This document shows, piece after piece, positions 39,302 to 49,334 of a stretch of 64,000 nt of DNA. Position 1 is the first letter of the stretch. Each line of letters begins with the position of its first letter. The notes below the pieces were generated by a model. That model worked only from the letters and a program-made list of their open reading frames with translations. It had not been told where the DNA came from and did no database searches. Made by a program: the position numbers and the translations under genes. The stretch comes from an uncultured Haloferula sp. (lineage in GTDB: Bacteria; Verrucomicrobiota; Verrucomicrobiia; Verrucomicrobiales; Akkermansiaceae). The stretch covers positions 224,001 to 288,000 of the forward strand of contig CBFGTS010000003.1 of the NCBI GenBank assembly GCA_965652295.1, given 5' to 3'.

Positions 39302-39874
39302 TCACGGAGTCGGGCTGGCCAGCCGATCCATGCGGCGGCGCTCCATTTGCTCGCGCAAGCGGGTCTCGGACTCGCCGTCCCAGTATCCGGGTTCGAGCTC
39401 GATGAAGACGCTGGAATACGGAAGCGCCGTGTTCGTGCGGACGACCAGCACGTCAAAACTGCGCTGCGCGTCCTGCACCAGGGTGACCAGCGAGTCCTGC
39501 TCAAGCTCGATCACCTCATGCCCGTGGAGCGCGGCCTGGAGGTCCTGCCGGAGTTGATCCGCGCCGGGGGCGAAATCGTTTTCCACCGCCCGCAGCTCGC
39601 GGGTCAGGAAGATCTTCGGCCTCACGTGCTCGGTGCGCTCAAGGATGCGGAGCACCTCGTCGAGCACCACCGGGATGGTCTCATAGGAGTTGATCTGGCG
39701 GGTGCCCGGACGGCTGTGGGCGGGGTAGGAAGCCTCGGCGATGATGATCCAGTTCCGGTAGCCGAGCTGGGCGGTCTGCACCTCCACCTCCGCACGCCAG
39801 CCGCCGGCGGGGCCGAAACACGAGGAAAACAGCACCGCCGTGAGTATCATCCAGCATCTGGAAATCCACACCAT
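39302..39874 (-). CDS. RbsD/FucU-like protein, probable lipoprotein
   Basis: LGYRNWIIIAEASYP, VVRTNTALPYSSVFIELEPGYW; FSSC lipobox. Confidence 0.7.
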   Translation of the reverse strand: MVWISRCWMILTAVLFSSCFGPAGGWRAEVEVQTAQLGYRNWIIIAEASYPAHSRPGTRQINSYETIPVVLDEVLRILERTEHVRPKIFLTRELRAVENDFAPGADQLRQDLQAALHGHEVIELEQDSLVTLVQDAQRSFDVLVVRTNTALPYSSVFIELEPGYWDGESETRLREQMERRRMDRLASPTP

Positions 39875-39938
39875 CCGGCGGGAGTAAACTCCGGCGGCCG
39901 GACAGTGTCAACGTGCCGCCCCCGGCGGGGCGGGGCAA

Positions 39939-42920
39939 TCAGCGGCGCAATTCCGGAGCGGTCCACGGTTGCTTGCGATCCGCGGTGGCCGCCCGGACCT
40001 TCCCCACCTGGGCGGGCGTGACCTGGGCGGCGTCGTTGCTCCACGACTGCCGGACGTAGGTCAGGACATCGGCGATCTGTTGGTCGTTCAACGAAGGTCC
40101 CAGCGGGGCCATCATGCTGTTGAACGTCTGCCCCGAGACCTCCACCGGCCCCAGCATGCCGTGCAACACGATGCGGATCGGAATCTCGGGATCGCCGGTA
40201 AGCCAGTCCGCTCCGTCGATCGGAGGAAACGCGCCGGGCACGCCTTTGCCATCCATGCCGTGACAGGCGATGCAGGTCTGCGAGAAGACCTCCTTGCCGC
40301 GGGCGTGGACTTCCGCGTCGGGCTTGAACATGCGAGGCTTTTCCGGAGCGTCCGTGGCCGGCCCGGATTGCTTGAGCAGGTCCACCTGCGCCATCAACCC
40401 GCCTCCCGCCGGCGGCGTGGTGGCGGCTGCGGCCAGCACCCCGGCCCGCTGGCGCCGGGCGGCGATGCGCCAGGCATCCGCGAGAACCGGATCGGAAAAA
40501 AGATCCGGGCGAGCGTTCGCCTGGCGAAAAAGCGCGGCACCCAGTGCGGGGTCCGCCGCGGCGCGCGACATCGCCAGCCAGACCTCGGCCAACTCCCGAC
40601 CTTCCACCTGCACGTCCCCCTCGCCCGCGAAAACCTTTTTCAACGCAGCCGGGGAGGCCACGGCGATCGCCGCCCGGCGGGTCGCGCCATGCGGGGAAGC
40701 CAGGGCGGCCTCGGCCAAGGGATCGGCGAGCTTGCCCCACTGCGCGAGCACATGCAGCGCGTGAGGGCCGCCGTGAGCAGACATCCGGACCACCCGCTCC
40801 AACTCCGGCACCAGTTTCTCGATACCGCTGCGGACGATCTGTTCCTGGCCATGCAGGCGCCACAAGAGGTTCTGATGATCGAGCGCGGCAAACCAGGTTT
40901 CCGGCTTGGCGGGATCGAGCCGCGGGTTCGGATCGTCCGGCGTGCCCTTCGGATAGATCCGGTAAATGCGGCCGTGTTCCTTGTCGCGCAACGGCGTCTG
41001 GTAGGCGTTGCCCTTGCCGTTCTTGGCGTTCACGCCGGAGGATTCGCGGCTCGGCGTCGGGTTGTGCTGGATGATGAGATTGTACCAATCGCAGACCCAC
41101 ATCGCACCGTCCGGACCGACCTCGGCACAAACCGGGGCCGACCACGCATCGGCGGACGTATAGAGGTTGTTCGGCGACTGCACCGCCTTCCACCCCGCTC
41201 CCTGGCGGATCATGTCGAAGTGCCCGACGAGCTTCCCGGTCGGTCCGCAGACGAAGGCGGCCTTGTTCCAGTAGCTTTCCGGGAAACGACGGGCGGTGTA
41301 GAAGGCGTGGCCGGCACCGGCCGTGTATTTGTCGAACTGGTCCACCTGGCGGATGTCGAACGACATGGGGTTGAAGATCGGGTTGTCGTCGGCCCGCGGC
41401 GTCTTGTCCTGCGCGATGCCCGCCGCGCTGTAGTCGGCGCGCGGAAAGCTCACATACCAGCTGGGGTTTCCGTTGGCGGTCGAGCCCAGCACGTCGAATT
41501 CCTCGGTAAAGCCCAAGCCCCAGGTGTTGTTGGTCGTGTTCTGGATGAACTCCATTTTCGAGCCGTCCGGCAGGAAGCGGAACACCGCCTGGCCGAACTC
41601 GTGCTTCTCACCGCCCACCGTGCCATTGAAGCCGGAGTAGCCGACGGTGGCGTAAATCCAGCCATCGAAGCCGTAGCGCAGGTTCGAGACTCCGGCGTGG
41701 GTGTCGCCCATGCGGAAGCCGTCCAGCACCACCTCGCGCACGTCCGCCTCGTCGTCGCCATCGGTGTCCTTCAGGAAAATCACCTCGCTGCCGTTGGTGC
41801 AGAGCACGCCGCCGTTGACGAAGACGAGCGAGGTCGGGATCGAGAGCTTTTCCGCGAAGCGGGTGAAGCGGTCGGCTCTGCCGTCGCGGTTGGTGTCCTC
41901 GCAAATCGTGATCCGGTCGTGGCCGATGTTTCCCTCCTGGAGGTTGTTGGGGTAGTCGATGGTTTCCACCACGAACGCACGCCCGCGGTGATCCCAGGCG
42001 ACGTAGATGGGGTTCACGATGTCCGGCTCGCTGGCGAAAAGGGAGATCTCCATCCCGGCGGGCACCTGGGCGAGCTTGATCGATTCCTCGGGCGGCAGCG
42101 GTTCCTGCGCCATCTTGATTTCCTCCCGCTGGCGGTAACCCGGCAGCGAAACCTCTTCCTGCCCGGGCTTCGGCAGCTTCAGACGGAGCATCTGGCGGTA
42201 TTTGTCCGGTCCCACGCTCCAGTAGATCGCATTGCGCAGCAGAGCGTGGAACCCGGGCAGGTCCCACACCCGATGGTCATGGCCGCTGGCGGTGTAGAAA
42301 ACGCGGCCCTTGCCCTGGGTCCGCGTCCACGACCACGGCTCGGATTTCCTCTTCTGAAGGATCTCGCGGTCGTCCGCGTGATCGCTGTGTTCGTAGGTTT
42401 CATCCCACGCCTTGAAGCCCTCCAGACCTTTGAGGATCGGGTGGTTCGGAGCGACGTCCCGAACTTTGAATTCCTCGCCCCCGTGCGAACGGAACTTCGC
42501 GCCCACCAGCTTCACGAACTCCGGCGAGCCGCCGTAGCACGCCGACGCGCAGTGGATCGGGAGAAAACCGCCTCCGCCCTCGACGTAATCCGTCAAGGCC
42601 TTGAGCTGCCCGGCCGGCATCACGCCGTTCTGCTCCCAGTTTCCATACATCAGCAGCGCGTCGTAGCGCTCCAGGGTATCCTCGCGAAAGACCGCCGCAG
42701 GGTCCTCCATGTAGGTCAGGTTGATCCCCTCCATGCCGAGCCCTTTTTTCAGCACACGGTAGCGGGTGATCGGGTCGTGCCCCGGATGGGCGGCCGTCGG
42801 GGCACCGAAAAACAGCACCTCCAGACGCCGCGCGTCATCGTTCGGGACCGCCACGCGAGCAGCCAACACCACGCCCAACAAAAGCGCGGGCACAAGCAGT
42901 TTGAGAAATCGGAGTCGCAT
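39939..42920 (-). CDS. PVC-type heme-binding protein: ThuA-like + beta-propeller dehydrogenase-like + cytochrome c
   Basis: GKGRVFYTASGHD; FASEPDIVNP, GPDGAMWVCDWYN, GRIYRI; CIACH. Confidence 0.88.
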   Translation of the reverse strand: MRLRFLKLLVPALLLGVVLAARVAVPNDDARRLEVLFFGAPTAAHPGHDPITRYRVLKKGLGMEGINLTYMEDPAAVFREDTLERYDALLMYGNWEQNGVMPAGQLKALTDYVEGGGGFLPIHCASACYGGSPEFVKLVGAKFRSHGGEEFKVRDVAPNHPILKGLEGFKAWDETYEHSDHADDREILQKRKSEPWSWTRTQGKGRVFYTASGHDHRVWDLPGFHALLRNAIYWSVGPDKYRQMLRLKLPKPGQEEVSLPGYRQREEIKMAQEPLPPEESIKLAQVPAGMEISLFASEPDIVNPIYVAWDHRGRAFVVETIDYPNNLQEGNIGHDRITICEDTNRDGRADRFTRFAEKLSIPTSLVFVNGGVLCTNGSEVIFLKDTDGDDEADVREVVLDGFRMGDTHAGVSNLRYGFDGWIYATVGYSGFNGTVGGEKHEFGQAVFRFLPDGSKMEFIQNTTNNTWGLGFTEEFDVLGSTANGNPSWYVSFPRADYSAAGIAQDKTPRADDNPIFNPMSFDIRQVDQFDKYTAGAGHAFYTARRFPESYWNKAAFVCGPTGKLVGHFDMIRQGAGWKAVQSPNNLYTSADAWSAPVCAEVGPDGAMWVCDWYNLIIQHNPTPSRESSGVNAKNGKGNAYQTPLRDKEHGRIYRIYPKGTPDDPNPRLDPAKPETWFAALDHQNLLWRLHGQEQIVRSGIEKLVPELERVVRMSAHGGPHALHVLAQWGKLADPLAEAALASPHGATRRAAIAVASPAALKKVFAGEGDVQVEGRELAEVWLAMSRAAADPALGAALFRQANARPDLFSDPVLADAWRIAARRQRAGVLAAAATTPPAGGGLMAQVDLLKQSGPATDAPEKPRMFKPDAEVHARGKEVFSQTCIACHGMDGKGVPGAFPPIDGADWLTGDPEIPIRIVLHGMLGPVEVSGQTFNSMMAPLGPSLNDQQIADVLTYVRQSWSNDAAQVTPAQVGKVRAATADRKQPWTAPELRR

Positions 42921-42937
42921 GGCGGTTCCTGGTTGGA

Positions 42938-44068
42938 TCATTGGAGGGTGAACTCCGGCAAACGGATGAGCTCGCCCCCCTTCAACGCCGATTCATGGGC
43001 CAATATTCCGGTGCAGGTGATATTGGCGGATTGGACCGCGTTCGGATAGCCCTCGCCGCGGCCGTGCAGCAGCTCCACGAACTGATGCACCAGGTGCGGG
43101 TGCGACCCGCCATGGCCCGCGCCCTGGGTGTAGCTGAGGTGCTCCTCGCCGCCGTCCCCGCCATACACGCCACCCTTGGTGAAGGGCGCGATCTCGGCCG
43201 GCAAGAGGTGACCGAAGTCGGGACACTCGACCCGCTCGGGGATTTCCGGTTCCGGCTTTTTCGCCGTGTGGACGACCAGCGGCTCGTGCTCCACCAGCGG
43301 CCACTCGACGGCTTTCTTCGAACCATAGACCTCGAACGACTCGCGGTACTGACGCGCCACGTCGAAGAGCGAGCGATACACCTGCGCGGACAGGTCGCTG
43401 TCCTTGAACTTGATATGGCAGGTCTCCACCGCGAAGGGCGAGCCGTAGCAGCCGTGCATTTCCTCGCGGATCGTGCCCGAGGGGAAGCAGGAGACGTATT
43501 CCGCCTGGCTCCGGGCAAGTCCCAGCACCGGGCCCACGCAATGCGTCGCGTAGTGCATCGGCGGCAGGCCCGGCCAGTAGCCCGGCCAGCCGTCCATGTC
43601 CTGCTGGTGGGACGCCTTCAGGAACTGAAGCTTGCCCAGCTCCCCGCGGTCGTAGAGGTCCTTCATGAAAAGGAACTCCCGCGCGTAAACCACCGTCTCC
43701 ATCATCATGTAATGGAGCCCCTTTTCCTTCACGAGCTCCACGATCCGCCGGCAATCCTCCACGGAGGTCGCCATCGGCACGGTGCAGGCCACGTGTTTTC
43801 CCGCCTCCAGCGCGGCGATCGACTGCTCGGCGTGGTTCGGGATCGGCGTATTGATGTGCACCGCATCGATCTCCGGATCCGCCAACAGCTCCTCGTAGGA
43901 GACGTAGCGTTTTGCGACGCCGAACTTGTCGCCCACCTCGTTGAGCACCGACTCGGTGCGCTGGCAGATCGCCGCCATCTCCGCTCCGGGATGGCGTTGG
44001 TAAATGGGGATGAACTCGGCACCGAAGCCGAGACCGACGATGGCCACTCTCACAGGGTTCTCAGACAT
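42938..44068 (-). CDS. Gfo/Idh/MocA oxidoreductase
   Basis: VAIVGLGFG, DAVHINTP..HA, AGKHVACTVP, GHGGSH. Confidence 0.9.
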   Translation of the reverse strand: MSENPVRVAIVGLGFGAEFIPIYQRHPGAEMAAICQRTESVLNEVGDKFGVAKRYVSYEELLADPEIDAVHINTPIPNHAEQSIAALEAGKHVACTVPMATSVEDCRRIVELVKEKGLHYMMMETVVYAREFLFMKDLYDRGELGKLQFLKASHQQDMDGWPGYWPGLPPMHYATHCVGPVLGLARSQAEYVSCFPSGTIREEMHGCYGSPFAVETCHIKFKDSDLSAQVYRSLFDVARQYRESFEVYGSKKAVEWPLVEHEPLVVHTAKKPEPEIPERVECPDFGHLLPAEIAPFTKGGVYGGDGGEEHLSYTQGAGHGGSHPHLVHQFVELLHGRGEGYPNAVQSANITCTGILAHESALKGGELIRLPEFTLQ

Positions 44069-44166
44069 GGTGATGGAAGGTTTCCGCGCCGGGCGTATCC
44101 GCCCGACGGTGGAGCCACTGTAGGTGGATGCCGCAGCCAGCGCTTGTATCTTCAAGGTCCGATCTT

Positions 44167-44949
44167 ATGGAAAAAACCGACATGAACGCGATGAGACGAG
44201 CCGCGGAATGGAGCCGCCAGCTGGCCGCCGGCGAGGAGCGCAGGATCTTCGACCACCTACCCAACCACCTCTATTTCGCAAAGAACCTGGATCTCCAGCT
44301 GATGGCCGCCAACCGCGCCTTCCTCGATCGCTGCGGCCGCGAGACCGAGGAGGAGATCATCGGCTTGACCGATTGCGACCTCTTCCCCCTCGAACTCGCC
44401 GAAAAGTACCGCCAAGACGACCTGAAGGTCATTGAAAGCGGGCAGCCGCTGAACAGCATCATCGAGTTGTTTCCCAACCGCATCGGCGAACCGGAATGGT
44501 TCATTACCGACAAGATTCCGCTGAAATCCTCCGCCGGCGAAATCATCGGTCTCAGCGGCGTGGTCCGCAGCTACGAGCGCACCCGCATCGAACTCCAGCC
44601 CTACCTCGACCTGCGCGGCGTGGTGGAGTACCTCAAACAGCACTACGCCGATCCGATTTCGATGAACGAGCTGTCCTCCAAGCTCGGGATTTCCACCCGC
44701 CAGCTCGAGCGCCGCTTCCGCGCCACCTTCAACACCTCCCCCCGCCAGTACACCCTCAAGCTCCGCATCCTCAAGGCCTGCGAGCTGTTGGCGAGCAGCC
44801 CGATGAGCGTCACGGAAATCGCGCTCGCCACCGGCTTCTACGACCACAGCGCGTTCTCCCGCCGCTTCCGCACGACGATGAACATGACCCCGGCCGAATA
44901 CCGGCGGAGGAACTCGCGCTTCAAAAAACAACCGCCCCGGAACGGCTGA
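44167..44949 (+). CDS. AraC regulator with PAS domain
   Basis: YFAKN..ANRAF..IIGLTD; RQLERRF, TEIALATGFYDHSAFSRRF. Confidence 0.9.
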   Translation: MEKTDMNAMRRAAEWSRQLAAGEERRIFDHLPNHLYFAKNLDLQLMAANRAFLDRCGRETEEEIIGLTDCDLFPLELAEKYRQDDLKVIESGQPLNSIIELFPNRIGEPEWFITDKIPLKSSAGEIIGLSGVVRSYERTRIELQPYLDLRGVVEYLKQHYADPISMNELSSKLGISTRQLERRFRATFNTSPRQYTLKLRILKACELLASSPMSVTEIALATGFYDHSAFSRRFRTTMNMTPAEYRRRNSRFKKQPPRNG

Positions 44950-44961
44950 AAGCAGCCGGCT

Positions 44962-45660
44962 TCAGCCGTCGAGCCGACGCAGCTTCAAGTTGCGGAAATC
45001 ACAGGCGTCGTGGTGATCGGTCAGCATGATGCGGCCCTCCGCCTTCTCGCCGAAGCCTTCCGCGCCCTTGAATTTGCTGTCTTCGATCGCTCGCCGGAGC
45101 TTGCTACTACCAAGATCGTAGTGGAGCACCATCGCTCCGTTCAGCCAGTGCTCGACCCGCTTGCCCTTCACCACGATGCGCGACTCGTTCCACTCGCCCG
45201 GCTCCTTGAACGGCGCGTTCGCGGCCGGCGACATGATGTCATAAAGCGCCGCCGTGATCCGCTCCGTGCCGTTCCGCCCGTCCGGGTGACCTTCGTTGTC
45301 GAGCATCTGGTACTCCGGCCCCGGGGCTGCCCGTCGCTCCTCGGACACCAGATATTTCACGCCGTTGTTGCCGTTCTTCGAAATCCTCCACTCCCACACG
45401 AACTCGAAGTCGCCGAACTCCTCCTCGGTCACGATGTTGCCGCCCTTCCCTCCGCGTCGCAGCCGCAGCATTCCGTCCTCGGCCTGCCAACCTTCGCCGG
45501 GCTTTTTCTTCCCTCCATAGGTCCGCCAGCCGTCCAGATCGCGTCCGTTGAAAAGCAGCTCCCAACCCTCGCTCTTTTCCTCAAGGGAAAGCTCGTTCGC
45601 GTCGGCCGTGCACAAGGGTAGTGAGCCCAGCAGGAAAAGGACGAGAGGGATCGCTTTCAT
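44962..45660 (-). CDS. DUF1080 (3-keto-glycoside hydrolase family) exported protein
   Basis: GWELLFNGRDLDGW, NNGVKY, EYQMLD, GEWN, HWLNG, FRNLKLR. Confidence 0.9.
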   Translation of the reverse strand: MKAIPLVLFLLGSLPLCTADANELSLEEKSEGWELLFNGRDLDGWRTYGGKKKPGEGWQAEDGMLRLRRGGKGGNIVTEEEFGDFEFVWEWRISKNGNNGVKYLVSEERRAAPGPEYQMLDNEGHPDGRNGTERITAALYDIMSPAANAPFKEPGEWNESRIVVKGKRVEHWLNGAMVLHYDLGSSKLRRAIEDSKFKGAEGFGEKAEGRIMLTDHHDACDFRNLKLRRLDG

Positions 45661-45782
45661 AAGGCCGATCCTACCCGTCGCATCCGTCCGATATTTCAAG
45701 CAAGGCGCGCCGCGGCCGCTGCGGACGAGCCCGGAGACAAGTTTCGCCGGACCCCCGCGTATCCAACGCCGCCTCTCGACCC

Positions 45783-47162
45783 ATGATCCTTCGAGCATCC
45801 CTGCCCATCATCCTCGCCGCCTTCTGTTTACCGGTTGTCCTGGCCGCCGAGCCCTTCCGCATCGAAGTGGTCGACAAGGACAACGGCTGGCCCGTTCCGC
45901 TGGTGGAGCTGACCACCACCAGCGACTCCCAATTCGTGACCGACAATGCCGGCGTGGCCGCCTTCGACCTCGATGAGTTCATGGGCGTGGAAACCTGGCT
46001 GCACGTCTTCTCCCACGGTTACGAACTCCCCGCCGATGGCTTCGGCAACCGCGGCGTGCGTTTCACTCCGGAGCCGGGCGGTCGGCTGACGATCGAGATC
46101 GAGCGCAAGCAGATCGCCAAGCGCCTCGGCAGGCTCACCGGTTCCGGTCTGTTCGCGGAGAGCCAGAAGTTCGGCGAACACGGAGCATGGGAGGAATCCG
46201 GCATCACCGGCTGCGACACCGTCCAGCTCACCCGCCACGGCGACCGTCTTTTCTGGCTTTGGGGTGATACCGACCTCCCCGGCTACCCTCTCGGCATTTT
46301 CCACACCTCCGGAGCCACCACCGGTCTGGATCCGCTCATTTCCACGAAGCCGCCCACCGCGATCCGCTACGACTACTTCCGTAACAAGGAAGGCAAGCCC
46401 CGCGGCGTGGCCGTGATGCCGGGCGACGGGCCCACCTGGGTCTCCGGTTTTACCTCGCTGCCCGACAACCGCGGCCGCCTTCATATGGTCGCCACCTACG
46501 CCAAGATCCGCAACATGCTGGAGCCTTACGAATTCGGTCTGATCGAGTGGAACGAGCAAAAAGAGGAGTTCGAAAGCGTGCTGAAGTTCTGGGAAAAGAA
46601 GGGCGACGAGAAAGGTCCGCCACGCCCCTACCCCGATGGCCATCCGCTTTTCTGGTCCGACGCCGAGGGGAAAAAATGGCTCTACTTCAACGGCCCGCCG
46701 AATTTCCGCTGCCCCGCCACCTACGAGGCCTGGAAGGACCGCTCCACCTGGGAGGAGGTCAAGAACCCGAAGATCTTTGACACGATCGGTGGCGGCCGCG
46801 TGGAAGTCGCCTCCGCTTCCGTCGAGTGGAACGAATACCGCCAACGCTGGGTGATGATCCTCCAACAGAAGTTCGGGGACACCTCGCCCTTCGGCGAAGT
46901 ATGGTATCTCGAAGGCGCATCGCCCGCAGGCCCATGGGGTCCCGCCATCAAGGTGGCCACGCACCAGAACTATACCTTCTACAACGTGCAGATCGACTCC
47001 CACCTCGCCGATCCCGACGATCCGTTTCTCCTCTTCGAAGGCACCTACGTCACGACCTTCACCGACAACCAGAACAAAACCCCGCGCTACGACTACAACC
47101 AGGTGCTCTACCGGCTCGATCTCGATGATCCCGCCCTCGAAAAGGCCCGCCTGATGAAGTAG
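45783..47162 (+). CDS. Secreted hypothetical protein (probable beta-propeller glycosidase-like)
   Basis: Signal peptide; FWLWGDT, GPWGP, NYTFYN, FEGTY. Confidence 0.7.
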   Translation: MILRASLPIILAAFCLPVVLAAEPFRIEVVDKDNGWPVPLVELTTTSDSQFVTDNAGVAAFDLDEFMGVETWLHVFSHGYELPADGFGNRGVRFTPEPGGRLTIEIERKQIAKRLGRLTGSGLFAESQKFGEHGAWEESGITGCDTVQLTRHGDRLFWLWGDTDLPGYPLGIFHTSGATTGLDPLISTKPPTAIRYDYFRNKEGKPRGVAVMPGDGPTWVSGFTSLPDNRGRLHMVATYAKIRNMLEPYEFGLIEWNEQKEEFESVLKFWEKKGDEKGPPRPYPDGHPLFWSDAEGKKWLYFNGPPNFRCPATYEAWKDRSTWEEVKNPKIFDTIGGGRVEVASASVEWNEYRQRWVMILQQKFGDTSPFGEVWYLEGASPAGPWGPAIKVATHQNYTFYNVQIDSHLADPDDPFLLFEGTYVTTFTDNQNKTPRYDYNQVLYRLDLDDPALEKARLMK

Positions 47163-47190
47163 GAGCTTCTTCCAGCAAAAACCCATCGCC

Positions 47191-48816
47191 ATGCAACCCG
47201 TTCAACCCACCCACACCGACCGCAGAATCTTCTTCTGGTCCCTCAGCTCGGCGCTCGCCGGATTTCTTTTCGGCTTCGATACCGTCGTCATCTCCGGGGC
47301 CGAGAAAACCATTCAGGACCTCTGGGATCTCGACGGCACGCACCACGGCTGGGCCATGTCCGCCGCGCTGTGGGGCACGGTTCTCGGTGCCATCTTCGGC
47401 GGCTGGCCGGCGGAGCGCTTCGGCCGCAAGGGCACCCTCGTCTGGATCGGCCTGCTCTACCTTGTTTCCGCGGTCTGGTCCGGGCTTTCCCAGGATCTCT
47501 GGAGCTTCGTCGTCGCCCGCTTCCTCGGCGGACTCGGCGTCGGCATCTCCACCGTGGTCGGACCGATGTATATCTCGGAAATCGCGCCCGCCGCAAAACG
47601 CGGACGCCTGGCCGGGATGTTTCAGTTCAATATCGTCTTCGGCATCCTGGTCGCCTTCTTTTCCAATTGGGTTCTCGCCCGTTGGATGGGCGAGGTGGCG
47701 TGGCGGTGGATGCTCGGCGTCGAGGCCATCCCGGCGGTGATCTACACCCTCATGTGCCTCCGCATCCCCGAAAGCCCGCGCTGGTTGATCACCCGCAAAG
47801 GCGACCGCGAAGGCGGCAAGGCTGTCCTGGCGCTGGCCCGTCCCGCCGCCTCACCGGAGGAGATCGAGACGCTGGCCCGCGAGATCGAAACCCACAGCGG
47901 CAAGGAACCCGCCGCCCGCGGCATCCCCTTCGCCCGCCTGCGCATCCCCCTCCTGCTCGCCTTCCTGATCGCCTTCTTCAACCAGCTCTCCGGCATCAAC
48001 GTCATCCTCTATTTCGCTCCGCGCCTGCTCGGTCTCGCCGGCATCGAGGACCCGCTGCAGGCCTCCATCTGGCTCGGTATCGTCAACCTCGTCTTCACCT
48101 TCGTCGGCCTCTGGCTCATCGACCGCCTCGGCCGCAAAACCCTGCTGCTCGCCGGCTCCATCGGCTACATCCTCTCCCTTGGCGTCTGCGCCTGGGCCTT
48201 CCTCACTTTCCCGGGCTTCAAGGTCGTTTCCTCCGCCATCGACCTCCGCGCCGCCGTGGAAAAAGTCGAAGCCTTGGAAAGTGCCGACCGCCCCGTGAGC
48301 CCCGCCGAAAGGACCTCCGCCACGGAAGCCCTCAATGCCTCCCGCGAGGCCCTCGCCGCCGCGACCCGGCTGCCGGGATACAGCGGCGGAACCGTCGAGC
48401 TTGATCCGGATGCCCCCCTGATGGAATCCGCAACGGCGGCCGACCTCGCCAGCAAATCCGCCGCCGCCGCGCTCGGCGGTCTCAGCAGCCTCGTCCTCGT
48501 CTGCCTGCTCGGTTTCATCGCGGCGCATGCGGTGGGACAAGGAGCCGTCATCTGGGTGTTCATCTCCGAGATCTTCCCGAACGCCTACCGGGCCCTCGGC
48601 CAATCGTTCGGCAGCGCCACCCACTGGGTTTTCGCCGCTCTGCTCGCCCAGCTTTTCCCGATCGCAATCGGCCACTTCGATGCCGGCTACATCTTCGCCT
48701 TCTTCGCCTTCATGATGACCCTCCAGCTCATCTGGGTGCTGACGATGGTTCCCGAAACGAAGGGAGTGCCGCTTGAGGAAATGGAGGAAAGGCTCGGGGT
48801 GAAAGGCCGCGCATGA
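47191..48816 (+). CDS. MFS sugar porter
   Basis: FGFDTVVISG, RFGRK, YISEIAP..RG, PESPRWL, QLSGIN, PETKG. Confidence 0.95.
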   Translation: MQPVQPTHTDRRIFFWSLSSALAGFLFGFDTVVISGAEKTIQDLWDLDGTHHGWAMSAALWGTVLGAIFGGWPAERFGRKGTLVWIGLLYLVSAVWSGLSQDLWSFVVARFLGGLGVGISTVVGPMYISEIAPAAKRGRLAGMFQFNIVFGILVAFFSNWVLARWMGEVAWRWMLGVEAIPAVIYTLMCLRIPESPRWLITRKGDREGGKAVLALARPAASPEEIETLAREIETHSGKEPAARGIPFARLRIPLLLAFLIAFFNQLSGINVILYFAPRLLGLAGIEDPLQASIWLGIVNLVFTFVGLWLIDRLGRKTLLLAGSIGYILSLGVCAWAFLTFPGFKVVSSAIDLRAAVEKVEALESADRPVSPAERTSATEALNASREALAAATRLPGYSGGTVELDPDAPLMESATAADLASKSAAAALGGLSSLVLVCLLGFIAAHAVGQGAVIWVFISEIFPNAYRALGQSFGSATHWVFAALLAQLFPIAIGHFDAGYIFAFFAFMMTLQLIWVLTMVPETKGVPLEEMEERLGVKGRA

Positions 48817-48832
48817 GACACCCGAGGACGGA

Positions 48833-49186
48833 TCACTCGTGGCCGATGTACTGCGTGAGCATGATCACATTACCTTCTGGATCCTCGACCGAGCTCAGAA
48901 TAATCGGCTCTCCCTCCCGCCGTTCAGGGCGTAGCACCGGGGTTGCTCCCTGTTCAACCGCCCGCTCGAAGGCTTCCGACACGTCTTGATACTGGAGGGA
49001 AAGGCCGGTTTCCTTGCGGGCTCCATCTCCTCCGCCATGCAAACCCAAAATCGCCCCTCCGGACTGCAGCTCCGACCAATCCGGCGAGGAGAAGCTTTCA
49101 CTAAAGCCCAAAGCATCACGGTAGAAAGCGATCGCCCGTTCCATCTTCTGGGCCATCAGGAGGTATTTGACGGATTGAGGTTTCAT
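48833..49186 (-). CDS. VOC/glyoxalase family protein
   Basis: MERAIAFYRDALGF...DPEGN. Confidence 0.85.
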   Translation of the reverse strand: MKPQSVKYLLMAQKMERAIAFYRDALGFSESFSSPDWSELQSGGAILGLHGGGDGARKETGLSLQYQDVSEAFERAVEQGATPVLRPERREGEPIILSSVEDPEGNVIMLTQYIGHE

Positions 49187-49334
49187 CTGAGTCTACGGAT
49201 CGAAGAGCTGCAAGTGTTAGTCGGCCCTCCGAAGTGTCCAGACCAATAGCCAGCCGTGGAGGACGGAACCCGCCATCGCTGCCCCGATCGAGGGATTGAG
49301 CCGGGAAGGGTCCACGGCGTTGAATCGGCCACGC

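Noticed and set aside
39969..43049. 1026-aa plus-strand ORF
   Set aside because: Antisense shadow of the PVC heme protein.
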